Shown here piece after piece: positions 35,652 through 48,400 of a stretch of 64,000 nt of DNA. The DNA is from Perkinsus chesapeaki ATCC PRA-425 (Eukaryota > Protista > Perkinsozoa), in NCBI GenBank assembly GCA_013115145.1, contig JAAPAO010000011.1, positions 1-64,000 on the forward strand. Direction: 5' to 3'. The translations under genes and the position numbers were made by a program. The notes beneath the pieces were generated by a model, which was not told where the DNA came from, did no database searches, and saw nothing but the letters and a program-made list of their open reading frames with translations. The first letter of the stretch is position 1. Each line of letters starts with the position of its first letter.

Positions 35652-37957
35652 TTGTCTTTACTGTCTTCTGGTAGCAATGCTCCTTAACAACGTCAAATCT
35701 ACGTACATAATTATAAATGTGTATCATTGTGATAGCCTTTACGTTTCGATTACGCCATGTCTTGAATTCTACGAGTTAACGAATGATGATCCGCACTACC
35801 GCTGGTCTTAGTCACCCTTCTAACGCCTCTTAGTCTAATACGCATTAGATGGCTGCTTTGCATCGTGCAGCACTTGCTTGCGAGTTTTAACAGAGGAGAG
35901 CCAACGCTCCCTGGAAGAGTACACTCACCGCTCATGCGGTATGCGTGTGGCAAAGGCGAGCCCCGCGAAAAAGGTTGAAGTGAATGTCAAACCAGGAAGA
36001 GTTTCGCAAAACCAGACCGATAGAAACAGGAAGACCTGAGTCGACAAACAATAGGGAAGGGGGTGTGAATGCAATCCGCTTCTCAATCGAATTCGCGTGG
36101 ACCTGCTAACGAGCGCCCACTGACATGCATGCCTGTAATATGCGCGGAAGCACTTCAGTTGACTGCCCGAACGGAGTAGGGACCCACGATAAGGGAGTTT
36201 CTCAAGTATGCCGTGGCTACAGCTGGGGCCTCTTGCAATAGCTCCGTCAAAGAGATGATTCATGCCAACTGACGGAAGACTGAAGAGGTCTGAAAAGCTT
36301 CCCACAACTGCACGATACCAGCCACAAAAGGAACCACCGAGATTGACTGACACCACGACCGTTGTTGAGCAACCAGATGCTCGATTACGAATAATAACCT
36401 TGGCTGCTTGCACCTGCTGCAAGAAGAACAAATGGCGGCGTGCCTACAGATGTCTTATCGTGCGCTGCCACAGGTAGCCGCCTATGCTCGAGAGAGAACA
36501 AACAGACAAGTAGATGAGAATGGCCCCATGGGCCGACTGGACAAAGACGGGGTTGATAGTAGCAGTAGTAGGCTAGCTACGAAGGCTATACCCAAAGAGA
36601 ATAGGCCGACACTCGTAGTGTATCAAGGTGATGAAACTATATCACAGAAGTTGACATAGGGCGGCATCTTCATATTTGACCAGCGTCGATTACCTCAGCA
36701 TTAGCTCTTGGTGAATGCCTCAATACCGAAGATGACGCTGTCCTTCACACAGTATAGAGTCGACACACGCTTATGTAGCCTGCACTGAATGGTATCCGGA
36801 GTCGGCATAGTATAGGGCACATTTGGTAGATAAGATGCGAGACCAGGTAAAAGTGTCACCTCGTACTCATAAGTTTCACCATGAAAAGTTAGACTAGCCT
36901 CGGATAAGGGTCTCACACCTCCGCGGGACAGAATGGCAAAGCACCAGCAGGTTGCAGATGAAGGTGGCGAGGTTGTACATAAAGATGTTGATCGAGTGCG
37001 ATTAGGGAACTTGTATACCCACGGAATGTTTGCTCCAGAAGGTCCCTCAAGGTGAGGGCCTCAACTCATGAAGTACTGTACGCATATCGAGTTGATGCAC
37101 CTCAGTCGGGCTCCTCGACGATAAACCCTCAACTCGAATGCTAAGTCGATAATCTGTTCTCTTTCCCTCTTACGTAGCGGTTATTCGCTCAGAAGTGTCA
37201 ACCTCGCTGCCTGGCCACTCCGGCGTCCCGTCTGGAAGTCTTGGTATGATCGCAACGATGCGTGTCGGAAATAGTGTTACTCCCATTCGACTGGAGGAGC
37301 AGGAGGCGAGGAAGGGAGCATCAAAGGGTCACCGAGTAAGCCTCACTCTCATGAGAGGAACTAGTCAACGCACAAGATTGCGAGACGAGTGCGTTGGAGC
37401 GAGCGTCGCCGCGAAATGATTGGCAGTTCTCACGAAAGGGTGAGCCCGCATTGCCCTACGCGAAGCCGCCAGAAGCGCTGTTCAACGCGTTCTGCCATAC
37501 ATCGTATTATCTGCTGTTATGCATTTTGAAGAACTCAATGAGAGGCATGGCAAGGAGCCCCTCAAGTGATTGAATGAGGACGACGCCTCGCTGCCCGCCG
37601 ATAATTTATCAGGATGTATGCATCAATCGCTGTCCTTCTGCGCGAAGAACCTCTCATTGCGGACGAGTTTGATAATATAATATGAATCCAGGCAAAGCCC
37701 CTGATCATGCAAGAGCTGTTATGCATTATTTAGACTTCTAGCGATCCTGTCCAACTCGCCCATACAGCAATGATGATACGATGAAACAATCTTAAGAGCC
37801 ACATATGGCGTCTGAAGCGGCATCCAATGCGGATAGTATAGGTGTCCGAGACATAGGGCCTCTTCTTTCATTCACCTCTTCGCGAGTGTTTGCTTTCATT
37901 ATGTGCCGATTACCGTAACGCGTTGATGACAAGACTTTGAACACAACGCTAGAAAGT

Positions 37958-39031
37958 TCACATGAAATTGGTATCTTCAGGAATTAGCTTGCAAAGCTCC
38001 TTCACTATCTTTCGGGTGGACCGTCGATCCTCAGTCTTCTCTCGCCGCAGTTCTCTCTCCAGCCGTTGAACTTCTACTGACGGATGTGCCATCATTGCCA
38101 AATCACGGTGAGCCGCAGCATACTGAGACAGCTCACGAGTCAGCAGCGGAAAGGATAAATACGTCCTACTTTCGACCGCCGAGCCTGAGCCTTGGCCCGC
38201 CAAAACAGAGCCTTGTCCCGCATGCCCGAGGCACTTTCCTCAGCATCCCCATCGAGTGCCGCCCACGCTGTAGAGATGTACATGCACCGCGTTAGGAGGG
38301 CAATGGCGACCTGTCAAGCATTTTAGCAAATATATAAACAAACCCAAAGTACCGAGACTTCCTGAGAGCTGAGGCGTTTCCGTCCAAGCCGCGCCCGAGC
38401 TGAGTTGAGCATCATAGCGCACTGCGCCTGCGTGAGCCGTTTGTCCATAGGATCGAACAGCAACAGCTTGCCCGAGTCCGTAACTCTAACGGGTGTCTGG
38501 TCAGGAGAGTCCGATGCAGTCATGGTCTTCTCGTCGACTAGTAGCATGTCGGTGATAATCGATCCATCGCTTTGACTATGATAAAGTACTCGGGCCACCT
38601 TAACTTGTCCGTGTGAAGTGTAAATGCAAAAGTGGCTTCCCGAGGATATCCGAAGTCGCCTGTGACACGGTTATTTCTCCCTACCCTTTATTTCGTTATT
38701 ACCTTTGTATTTCCTCGAGTCCACTTTCATACCACTCTGAAGCTGCCTCGAAATCCTTCAGCTTGAACAGTGTATTCCCCCACCCCTTGACGGTCTCGGC
38801 CATGCCTGCCGCATCCATGCCTTGGACCGCCTCTGCAGCCGAAGCCTTGTCACTCTCGAAGTCCTCTAATGGCCGCACCTTCTCTAGGGGAACTCCGTCT
38901 AGCTCGGAATCATCGTCGAGTATCATGTCACAGTCATGACTGCCAACCCAGGCCACCGTGCCTCGCCGCTGCTCTTGGGTATCCGAATCGACCACACAGC
39001 GTACATGAGCTCCCACTTGAGGTGACGTCAT
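37958..39031 (-). CDS. TPR-containing protein with an N-terminal SH3/Tudor-like beta domain
   Basis: VGAHVRCVVDSDTQEQRRGTVAWVG...LDGVPLEKVRPL, followed by the TPR helix AETVKGWGNTLFKLKDFEAASEWYESGL and CAMMLNSARARL. Confidence 0.7.
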
Positions 39032-39186
39032 TACCAATACAATAAAAAGGCATTCTGACAGGGATGAGCTACCGACTAACAACGCGACACACAAGGCACT
39101 GAAACCGAGACACAAAGTATTTGGAGATTAATCAGTCCTCCTGTCGCAGCTCCTCCTTAAGCTTGCACCTGCAATAGCGGAGCGGT

Positions 39187-40401
39187 TCAACTTGGCAAGA
39201 CACCCGAGCCGAGTACCATCTCTTGATCTCCATCTCCATCAACTGCCACGAACTCACCATTCTTGATTGTTGACTTCACCACTGTAGTGACCACGGGAGT
39301 AGTTCCGACAGGGAACTTGTAGCCAGCTGGGTTGCGGAAAGTCCTGAAGTGACGGATCCGTGCCGTAGGTTAAATTTTCACAAGTACCTGGGCGTGGGGC
39401 GGGCTGCTGGCCTGATGTGCTTCGGCGAGTTGTCCTTGGTGATGATAACGCAATCCACATTTCCACCAGAGCCGAGATCGTTCATAACACCGCCGGTGAT
39501 GGCCTTCTTGACCAGCTCCACCCCTTCCTCAGCAGTCATATTATCCTTGTACCTATTCACAGTGCCATAAACCAACATACCCTTACAGCGTCCCAGCCTA
39601 CCCAGTCTCGAGAACTGACATGGCGGCCAGACTGCCACTGCCCATGGCTGCGAAGGGTAGGGAATCTGTGGAGCTAGCAGGAGGAATGGGTGCTACAACG
39701 GCAAGCGTGGGACCTACCCATGGGGGTAGATCTGATAGAGCTGAGGTCCCTTGACATCTACACCTCCGAGAACCTACACGGAACAATGCCACCGAGGGTT
39801 TCAAGAGGGAAGCTCACCAAAGCGCATCCGACGTAGCCTTGGTACTGGAAAAGGTAGTCGGACAATCGCTTCACGCAAGTGCCAACACGGGGCTGAGGAC
39901 AGCGGGATCTCTAGCGGCCGGACCTCCCCGCTATTACCTGAGCCTGAGTGGCCAGCCTGTGCAGCTCCATCTGACTTCGAACCTTCTTGGTAGTGTGCTC
40001 GAGGTCCGCAGCAGTACCAGCACCGGCTGTGAGGCGGTAGAGGTTAAAGGACTATTGCAAGGTTGCTATTACCGCAATAGATATTCTCGGCGATGTAATG
40101 CAGCTTGTTGCAGTTTTTATCGGCGACAATAGGCCCCATGGTGGCTCTGGTATCAGCACCAAGAACCACACATGAAGCACATACCACACCGCAGATGGTC
40201 GTACCTAACAGGAGGCTCCTATGAAGGGTCTGAAGGTGGCAATGAGGAAGTATAAGGCACAATAAAGGTAATGAGAAACTTGGAAGAATGGCCCTGGCGG
40301 CACACAGTGCCCATTCTAGTTCCCATGGAGGCCACAGATGTCTCAAGTAACCCACCGGTCTTCATAGTAGCGAAGGGACGGACAACTCCATTGGCAACCA
40401 T
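39187..40401 (-). CDS. PSMB7: 20S proteasome subunit beta type-7 (beta2, PUP1)
   Basis: Propeptide then MG|TTICGVV...[49 protein letters not shown] and [14 protein letters not shown]. Confidence 0.95.
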
Positions 40402-40586
40402 TAGCTTATTACGCTTGACCTGAGATGGATTCTGAGCACCGAAGCATTCCGGCAGCTAGGGTACATTATCGAAACTGAAACCTCCACGATTCTCAGCGAT
40501 CGCCGATACGTACTGGGAGGAAGCTGAGTCCATTGGTGATTGAAATACGACACAAAAAACCCTAAAAGGGATTGAACAACAGTGGA

Positions 40587-41468
40587 CTAAACGAAATGCG
40601 ATAGGAAAGTGAAACAGCTATTCTCGAGGGTCATCTTTAATACAGTCAAAAATATGATATACCCCATTGGACCGATCTCGCATGGCAACTTGAAGGCCGC
40701 AGCTGGCACAGTGGACCTGAGCTGGTAATAGGCAAGAAAGGAGCAGTTCATTACAGGGTTGTAAGTGTCCGGCCCATCCTTATATGAAGTGACCTTACTC
40801 TCGTCCACAGTGCAGTTCCGCACCTCCAGAGCTCTGTACTGGTTACTATACCTGAGATTGGTGACATCCATGCCGGGAGTACCAGCGACGGTGGTACCGT
40901 GCATGCTGTTGGCAGACATAACATATTTGGGTGAAGCATTGAGGGCATGACAGGACCGCATCTGAATGCCTCACTTTCCGCCGTCTACTGCCGCTACCCG
41001 GCTCCTCAGCAGCCGACTCCCCGACGTGGGTAAATTGCTTAACGAACCTAACTCGAGGATAGCTGCTCATAAGAGCCCAAGTAGTACTCTTCGTCTTTAT
41101 CGTCCATATCAGGATCATATAGGTCGTCTTTGAGAGGGTCCTCGGCGAAGCGTTTTTCCTGTTTTTCTATCAGGTCGTTCGATCGCTTCCGGATGGGACT
41201 TGAGCTGTCGGTATCCTGGAGGTTGTGCGCGTCTTCATGACGACCTCCGAGTTTCTAAAATTTATATCGATGAGTTAGCGATTGTGCTCGCAAGACGACC
41301 TAATTTGAATCTTCCCCGCTCAAGTTCCGAAGCGTATCCTAGTCAAGCTCTCCCGCTTCCTCTGCGACTCTCCTTTCCCCACAGCTGCGCCCGGCTTACT
41401 TCAATCCGCGTTATCAGGTGATGTGACGTCGAACAAGAGAAGTCTGTCGGCTCCCACTCGTCGCTCAT
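40587..41468 (-). CDS. EAPP: E2F-associated phosphoprotein (EAPP)-like zinc-binding protein
   Basis: DLYDPDMDDKDEEY, SDAVLSCPQCFTQICYVCQQHARY and NQYRALEVRNC. The start is tentative. Confidence 0.8.
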
Positions 41469-41518
41469 TCTAGCCCCATCCACCAAACCGCGCTGGACCG
41501 CCATTCGCCATCATCAAT

Positions 41519-41539
41519 ATCGATCACCAGGGCGCGCGC
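41519..41539. promoter_or_regulatory. Candidate bidirectional-promoter motif ATCGAT-N5-GGGCGCGCGC
   Basis: It lies between the divergent EAPP-like (-) and NAC-alpha (+) genes. The same composite motif occurs at 50774 and 62254. Confidence 0.5.
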
Positions 41540-41711
41540 TAAAATTCCCTAAAGCTCTTGAGGTTCACGGGTTGCCTTCTGGTTCTGTAATCGGTTCCGC
41601 TACCTCTGAGAGCGGAAAGGTGGGAGGAATCCTAATAGGGGGGTGTTGGGGATGGGATTAGTGCAAAAGATGGTATGAGAATGTATAGTGCAGTTGCCAA
41701 TCCGTAGTAGC

Positions 41712-42366
41712 ATGTCCCGTGTTGAAGAGATCCCCGCTAAAGAGGTCGAGGAGGGTGTTGTCGAGTCCGATACCGACACTGATGATGAGATGCCCACTTT
41801 GGAGGCCACCAATGGTGAGGCTCCCGAGGGTACCATGCCCATGCCCGAGGGCCGCAATAAGCTCAACCGTGCTGAGAAGAAGGCACGCAGGGCCATGCAG
41901 AAGCTCGGCATGAAGGCCGTTCCCGATGTCGTCAGAGTCACTTGCAGAAAGGGCAAGAACGTAATGCTTCCGCCCCCTCATTCGATCCACTGTTGATTAT
42001 TCCTTTTAGATCCTCTTCGTCATCTCCGAGCCTGATGTCATGAAGGCCCCCCACGCCGAGACTTACGTTGTCTTCGGCGAGGCCCGAATTGAGGACATGT
42101 CAGCCGCCTCTCAGGCCGCTGCCGCCTCTCAGTTCACTTCCACTCCTGAGGTCTCTAAGGTCGAGTCCGCTGACTCTTCCGAGTCCAAGGCTGCTGCTAC
42201 TGCTGAGCCCGAGGAGGATGAGGGTGAGGTTGACGAGACTGGTGTTGAGGCCAAGGATATCGAGTTGGTGATGAGCCAGGTCAACTGCTCCCGAGCTAAG
42301 GCCGTTAAGGCTCTTAAGGCCGCCAACAACGATATCGTTGAGGCCATCATGCAGCTCTCTCCTTAA
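41712..42366 (+). CDS. NACA: Nascent polypeptide-associated complex subunit alpha (2 exons)
   Basis: [17 protein letters not shown]...[10 protein letters not shown]|[12 protein letters not shown]...[14 protein letters not shown], and the UBA domain [26 protein letters not shown]. Confidence 0.97.
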
Positions 42367-42443
42367 GCGGACTAGCACTTGCTGCTTGGCAACAGTTACA
42401 TTGTTTCTACTACAGCAGCCAAGACATCATATACCGTATTGAG

Positions 42444-45400
42444 TTATAGTAAACTGTTAAATGACTTACTGAACTCAACATCAATAGGACACCAACGCCA
42501 AGCATCATGGGATGCGTTCGGGGTTGACCTGCTCCTTCTCATATGGTTTGCATTAATAATGTGAACTGGTTCGTACTGGATTGTTGATCGTTCCCTTTCG
42601 GGAATACCTCCTGATAGAACCATCAGTTCCAAAGTCGTCGTTGGCCTACCATATATCTCAGCGGCCCCCAGAGCCCAATCACCGATAGGTCTGCTGCGCC
42701 GCTTTCCAGTTTGTTCCATCCCATGAGCTGACCGGAGGACTTCTCAAAACAGCCCAGGAGGCGCCTCACATGCGCTTCTCTCCCTAAGTTGTCTTTCTCG
42801 CTTCAGATCGTCCACCCACCTTTTCCGTACTGTTGTCATTATGTGGTCGGACAACGCTCGGGAGATATCCGCCTGAACCAGGAAGGCGCATCTTGACGGC
42901 GGGAACAGACCATCAGCCTCCTCCTACGTCCCTAAGGGCGGAGCTCAAGCGTTTTGCTCGCATGGAAGCGCTTTGGCACTTTTCTTTTATATCGTCAACT
43001 AGCTCGACCATGCCCCTAAAAGCACAGCTCCCCCCACGATGCCCATCCAGCTCACCTCAGCATGGGTATCCAAGGCACCGGTTCGATCTTTTCCGTGTCC
43101 CGACGATGCGTGGCATTAATGATATCCGACAGGGCAGTCTACCAAGAACCAATCCCGCTTTCGCCAGACTTCGGCTTACCGCGAGGCTACGGCTCCGCGG
43201 CTTGGAGCATTCCTTCGGTTCCACACCGGAGGAGAGCTGGCTCTCAGGAACCATGGACAGGGACCGGCTTGTAAGCAACTTCTGGGGTGGGGCGTTGGCC
43301 CCTAGAGGCTCCGCTAGTCTATGGCAAACCCAGAGCTCTTGGGACCTAACTCCTTGGATAACTATTATATGCCTCGGGCCCTCCATTGGGGTGTAGTCCT
43401 GGCCTCGGCCCTGAATGTTGTTAGTTACCCTGTAGGGTCGTCCAACAGTGACGCCTACATTGGTGATTGTGTCACCATGCTGTCCCATAACCCCATCGCA
43501 GCCCGTATTCCAATGACCAGTGTAAGCCCGCCGCATTATATCGAACACTATAGCTCGCTGAGCGATGGGACGTAGCGTTCTGTCTCGAGCCTGAGAAGCG
43601 CGGGGAAGATAAAAGCGCAGCATTTAACGAATATCACCCGAACAGCGATCCACGAGCTTTCCATGAACTCGAATTTCTTCATTACGAAATCTGAGGAGCG
43701 AAGTGCTTTAGTAACCGTATGGAGAGCTTACGCGATTCCGCACCGAAAAAGGGGGACAAGTCCACCTGGGTATTAACGTCGATGGTGACGTCGAATGGTC
43801 GACGGTGCCTATCGAGTCTGGTTTCATAGTAGAGAATCCTGCTCTGGAACTCCTTGGGGAGGCACTCGTCATCGGACTCATAGGGTAGGTAGGCAAATGC
43901 TTGGAAGGTGTTGAAGGTGGACGCTTCCCATTCTCGGACGCGACTCTTGGTTCGTCGAGTGGCCTGCCGCACTTGCCGGTCGGTCTCATAGAGAAGATTC
44001 GATAACCGACCGCCCATAGGAAAGCGACCTAGGATTCTCGAAAAGTGAAAGCGTATCCCCATCGGAGCGCAAGACGGGCAAGCTACAGACAACACCCAAG
44101 GACATGTTAAATAGTGATGGTAAATATCTCCTACATGCCTATCACGGCTACCCTCGACTATTATCCACACCCTCCTCATCGGAGTCCTCAATAGGGAACA
44201 GGCCACCGAAGGAGGAATTCGAACCGATGCTTTTGATGCTTTTTGCAGACCGTACAGTGCCAAGCTGTGATCTTCCACTGCTCGGAGTTTCCAGATTCGC
44301 GGAACTAACGGAATGGTGTCTTCCCATTGTAGGGAGCACAGAGAGAGTGTTCTGAGCTGGTACCGAGGAGCCTGGCAGGAACGGCACTGATGGCTGACTG
44401 AATTGGACATTAGGCGTCCCAGGCTGCGATCCTGCCGATCCTCGAGATGACGTAACCCCAATACTGCTGAGCAGGTTGAATCTGCGAGTTTGGTTGCTTC
44501 CGGAGCTGCTCTCGCCAGACAGTGAGTTCCTTTTCCCTGTCTCGACCAATTCCTCGGCAGCACTCATTAGCTCATGGAGATACGCCGTCACTTTCTCTAA
44601 AACGGCACACTTGTTGAGAGTCTCTACGCTGTTCGGAGAGAGGTCGGCTGCTTCCTGGAAGGAGAGCTGCAGAACCGTGGCTCGCTCCAAGGCCTCAGCT
44701 ATTCCATATCGCTGGAGCAGCATCGGAATCTCCCTTCTCCTACTTAGCTCCACAGAGATCTCGGAATTCCAGGTAGCATCGGTGCTGTGGGTAATATGAC
44801 CTAGCTCGGGGAATATAACGCTGCAAATTTGCCCTATTCTATCCACCTCCGCGCCAAGTTCAACTAACCGAGTGAGCAAGTCAGAGGGTAAGCTCGGAAG
44901 ATACAGACCGAATGTCGAGGATGTCATAATGAGGCTCACAAGGGCTTTATTCTGGGCCTCCACGGCGTTGATCAAACATTTCGTCATCAGCTCGTGCATT
45001 TGGGGCGGCGGTGCCGATGCCTGGCATATCGGCAACAACATCTCGAATGAAGCTGTTCCTTTTGAAACCATTGATGCCTCTATCAGTGCAGCGATCGCTT
45101 CCTCCTCAGGGATACCATCAGGATAGCAGTTCTCCATGAGCCATTTTAGTGTCTTGTCTTTATTAGCTTTCGCTGCTATCGCCAGGCAGGTCCGGTCAAG
45201 GTACTGAGTCGGTTTTGTGAATACAACCCTCATTTCCTTCAGTACGTCTAGTGACGGCACCTTCAAGGTTCTGACTGCCAACTCAGCAAGTGTCTCGCCG
45301 GCCTCTGTGGTGTCGTCGTTCAGCAGTGCAGGTTTACTCATAACCGCATTGTTGACGAAAACCAGGTTTTTCTTGTGTAGAGCCGCGCACACCTCAGCAA

Positions 45401-48400
45401 CTCTCACGCGCTGTGGCCCAAGATGACGCAAAACGATTTCCACCAAGTCCTCCCTTCCCTTTTTCAGTGCAGCCTCTAGTGGACTAATTCGCGCCAAGCC
45501 CTTAACGATGTCCATGCTCCCCACACACTGCGTCACATCAGCGTTACCGTGCTCGATCAAAATTTTAACACAGTCAAAGTGTCCCATAGAGATGGCGCCA
45601 TAAAGCGCTGTGAAGGTCGTAGGAAGCACCCTGACACGAAGGCGTCCGAAAGCCAATAACCACTTCCCGCAACTTACATGTTCACATCTGCATCCAAGTC
45701 GATGAGCTTCTTCACTATTTCGGCTTTTCCCGCATTTGCTGCTACATAAAGGGGCGAGCATCCCGACTTGGGGTGGAGTGAGTTAATCGCTCCCTGAGCA
45801 ACGGTAAACTGCCAGATCCGCCCGTAAGGGCTTCTTACGTCTCCTTTCGACAGTGTCTCAAACACCGCTATTGAGCCTGCTCTGGCCGCATCGAAAAGAT
45901 CCGCCGCTTTGATGGAATTGATTATCTCTCGCTGGTCGTACTTCGCAGCTACATCTAGTATCTACGAGGAATCGATCTCTGTGATTCCAGTGGAGCTAGC
46001 CCACTGTTTCCCCTAGTCTATTGGTGGCGGTAACCGACGCCTTAGCCTCAATAAGAGTGTGCACACAAGTAACGCTGCCTGCTATGGTGGCCAGATGCAA
46101 CGCTGTGTACCCACAACCGGGAGGGAGGCCAGTGTCCCGTGTAGAGTATGCCGGATCAGTTGTACGGTCGTCTAGATGGTCCGCGAACAGGCCAGTGTTG
46201 ATCAACACGTCCACCATCTATGATGAAAGTGCTTAGGAGATCCTTGAGCTGAAATGTCACTTACGTCTGAGTGCCCCTGCTCGGCTGCGAGATGGAGCAG
46301 ATTCCGGCCCTCGTTGTCAATACCACACAAGGAGATAAGCCTTTGAGCTATGTGCACTGGACTGTACTGGGAAGGGGTCACGTCGTCATTCTCCACAGTG
46401 TCACCGTAGAAGATCTAAAGGGAAGAGGTAATAGACAGATGAAGGTGAAGCAGGTGTCGAGGGCTACCGAGAGGATATCGAATTGTGATGCTCCACGACT
46501 GCGCTGCTGCTGCTGGCGTTTAAGCCCATCGTTGATTATCGCCATCGCAACATCTATTTCATTTTGCCTCACCGCCGCAGCCAGTAACTGAAGTATGTCA
46601 ATATCTTCTTCTTGTTGTTAACAACTTGTTGCTCTCTACCTGCATCCTTATGCCTTTATTGCATGCCAGGAATTGTGACAGTATCGGCTCCCTGTCCGGG
46701 CCTGTCATCATCAACACACTTAGAACAGTTGATCTCGCTAGGACTGCTATCGCCGATATGGAGGAGGATCGTAAAGCCATTTGGAGGGGCAACATGTGAT
46801 TCTTGGTCGGGGACTGCAAACGGATAATGCTACCACCAGATCAAGCAGTCAACGATGTTCCTTACGTCACTGGTCATGTTTTCTACTCCTCCCAGATTCC
46901 CCAAGCTCTGGTGGATATTGTCCTCGTGATTGGTAATATTATAGAACACGTTCGTCTGAAGCGGGACACCTTATACACAACGAGAAAAAAGCAAATGATG
47001 ACATTTCCCCTTTCGAGGTGGCGGCCATAACCCCTTTGTGCCAGACCGCGACCAACTAGACGCTCTAGCTTACCTGGCTTCCAAACGAAGTTAGAAGATT
47101 CAGAACTCGGGTGTTGCCGGTGAAACTTGGAGTCACGAGAACATGCTCACCAAAACCGCTGTGACTATCGGGGCTGACACCAGCGCCTGAGAGAGTGAGA
47201 AGAACTGTTACTTAGGGACCTTGGGAAAATAGTTGTGAAGTAGTTAGAAGTAGTCCTCATGTCAACAGGAGATAACAACGTCATCAAGTCCAGCCTGCTC
47301 TAGGCATTGATTATCCATTAATGTAGATTGAACGACATCGAATGCATATGTAAACCTACAGAGTAAGTCTTCTATAGCTCCCAGTACTCCATCCTCCTCC
47401 TCGGTGTCGTTTGTTCTCAGCGAACAGTAAATCATAAGCCTTTTCTGTTGGAGAACTTGATGGAGAGTCGGCATGCGTTCAGCCAGTTCGTCAAAGTCGC
47501 TGGACAGCAACTTATACACTTCGACGAAGTTGACACATATGGCGCTCCGCTCCCAGTAGTGCTCGATAAACAATGACATCTCTCCACAGTAGCCGCCTCG
47601 CACTAGAGTCTTCACCGCCGGCGTTGAGAATGGAGCTCCGAGAGCTGAGACCGTTGAGCTTGCAGGCGGAACGAATGAATCCGAACGCATACCGGCGTCG
47701 TTCTGATATGAAGTGAAGCCCATCTCTGCAGTGTTGACCAGTTTGATCGCTCCATTGGCAACGAATATCATTCCTCCCGATCTCTCCCCGTGCAAAAAGA
47801 CAATGTCCAGCGGAGCGAAGTATCTGGAGAAAACTCTAGCAATGTAGATGATTGAGTCTCTGACATGTTCTTGGTGATTCCCGCGACCATGCCCAGCATC
47901 TCGTCATCAAGGCGTCGGGCAAACCATGGGTATGTCCGCAGGACTTTGCCCATGATTCCGACAAGTACTTCACTTTGGAGACCCTCCGAGGAGTGAAGAA
48001 GCCTAATAAGTTGACGAGGTTGCGATGCTGCACGTGAAGGGAGCACCCACTCCATCAAGTCCGTTTTGGTGCGTTCTCTTGCCTGATTCTCAAACAGCTG
48101 CTCCAAGAACTCCACAACTCGACGCTGGAGACCACCATCCAAGTGAGTTCGGTTCATGTACCTGCAGTATATAATGGTATTGCAAGCGCGGCCGACGTCG
48201 TCGGCCACATCCATGAGACTTGCCTTGCTACCGCCTTTAGCCGAGATCTAAACTGGGCGGCCACCTCATCATATGTCAAGAACAGGGCACAGAGCAACCC
48301 GGAAAAGAGAGCGAAGACATTACCAGCGATGATCTCAAGGATGATGCAAAACCTGGAAAATGCTCAATTCTGGAATGGTCGTGATGACGCGATGCCTGAC

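Noticed and set aside
35700-37900. Several 60-170 aa ORFs on both strands
   Set aside because: No coherent spliced gene or family could be reconstructed. Left unannotated rather than guessed.
42100-42378. Antisense ORFs over NACA (and similarly over the globins and the channel)
   Set aside because: Shadow ORFs caused by biased codon usage in real genes.
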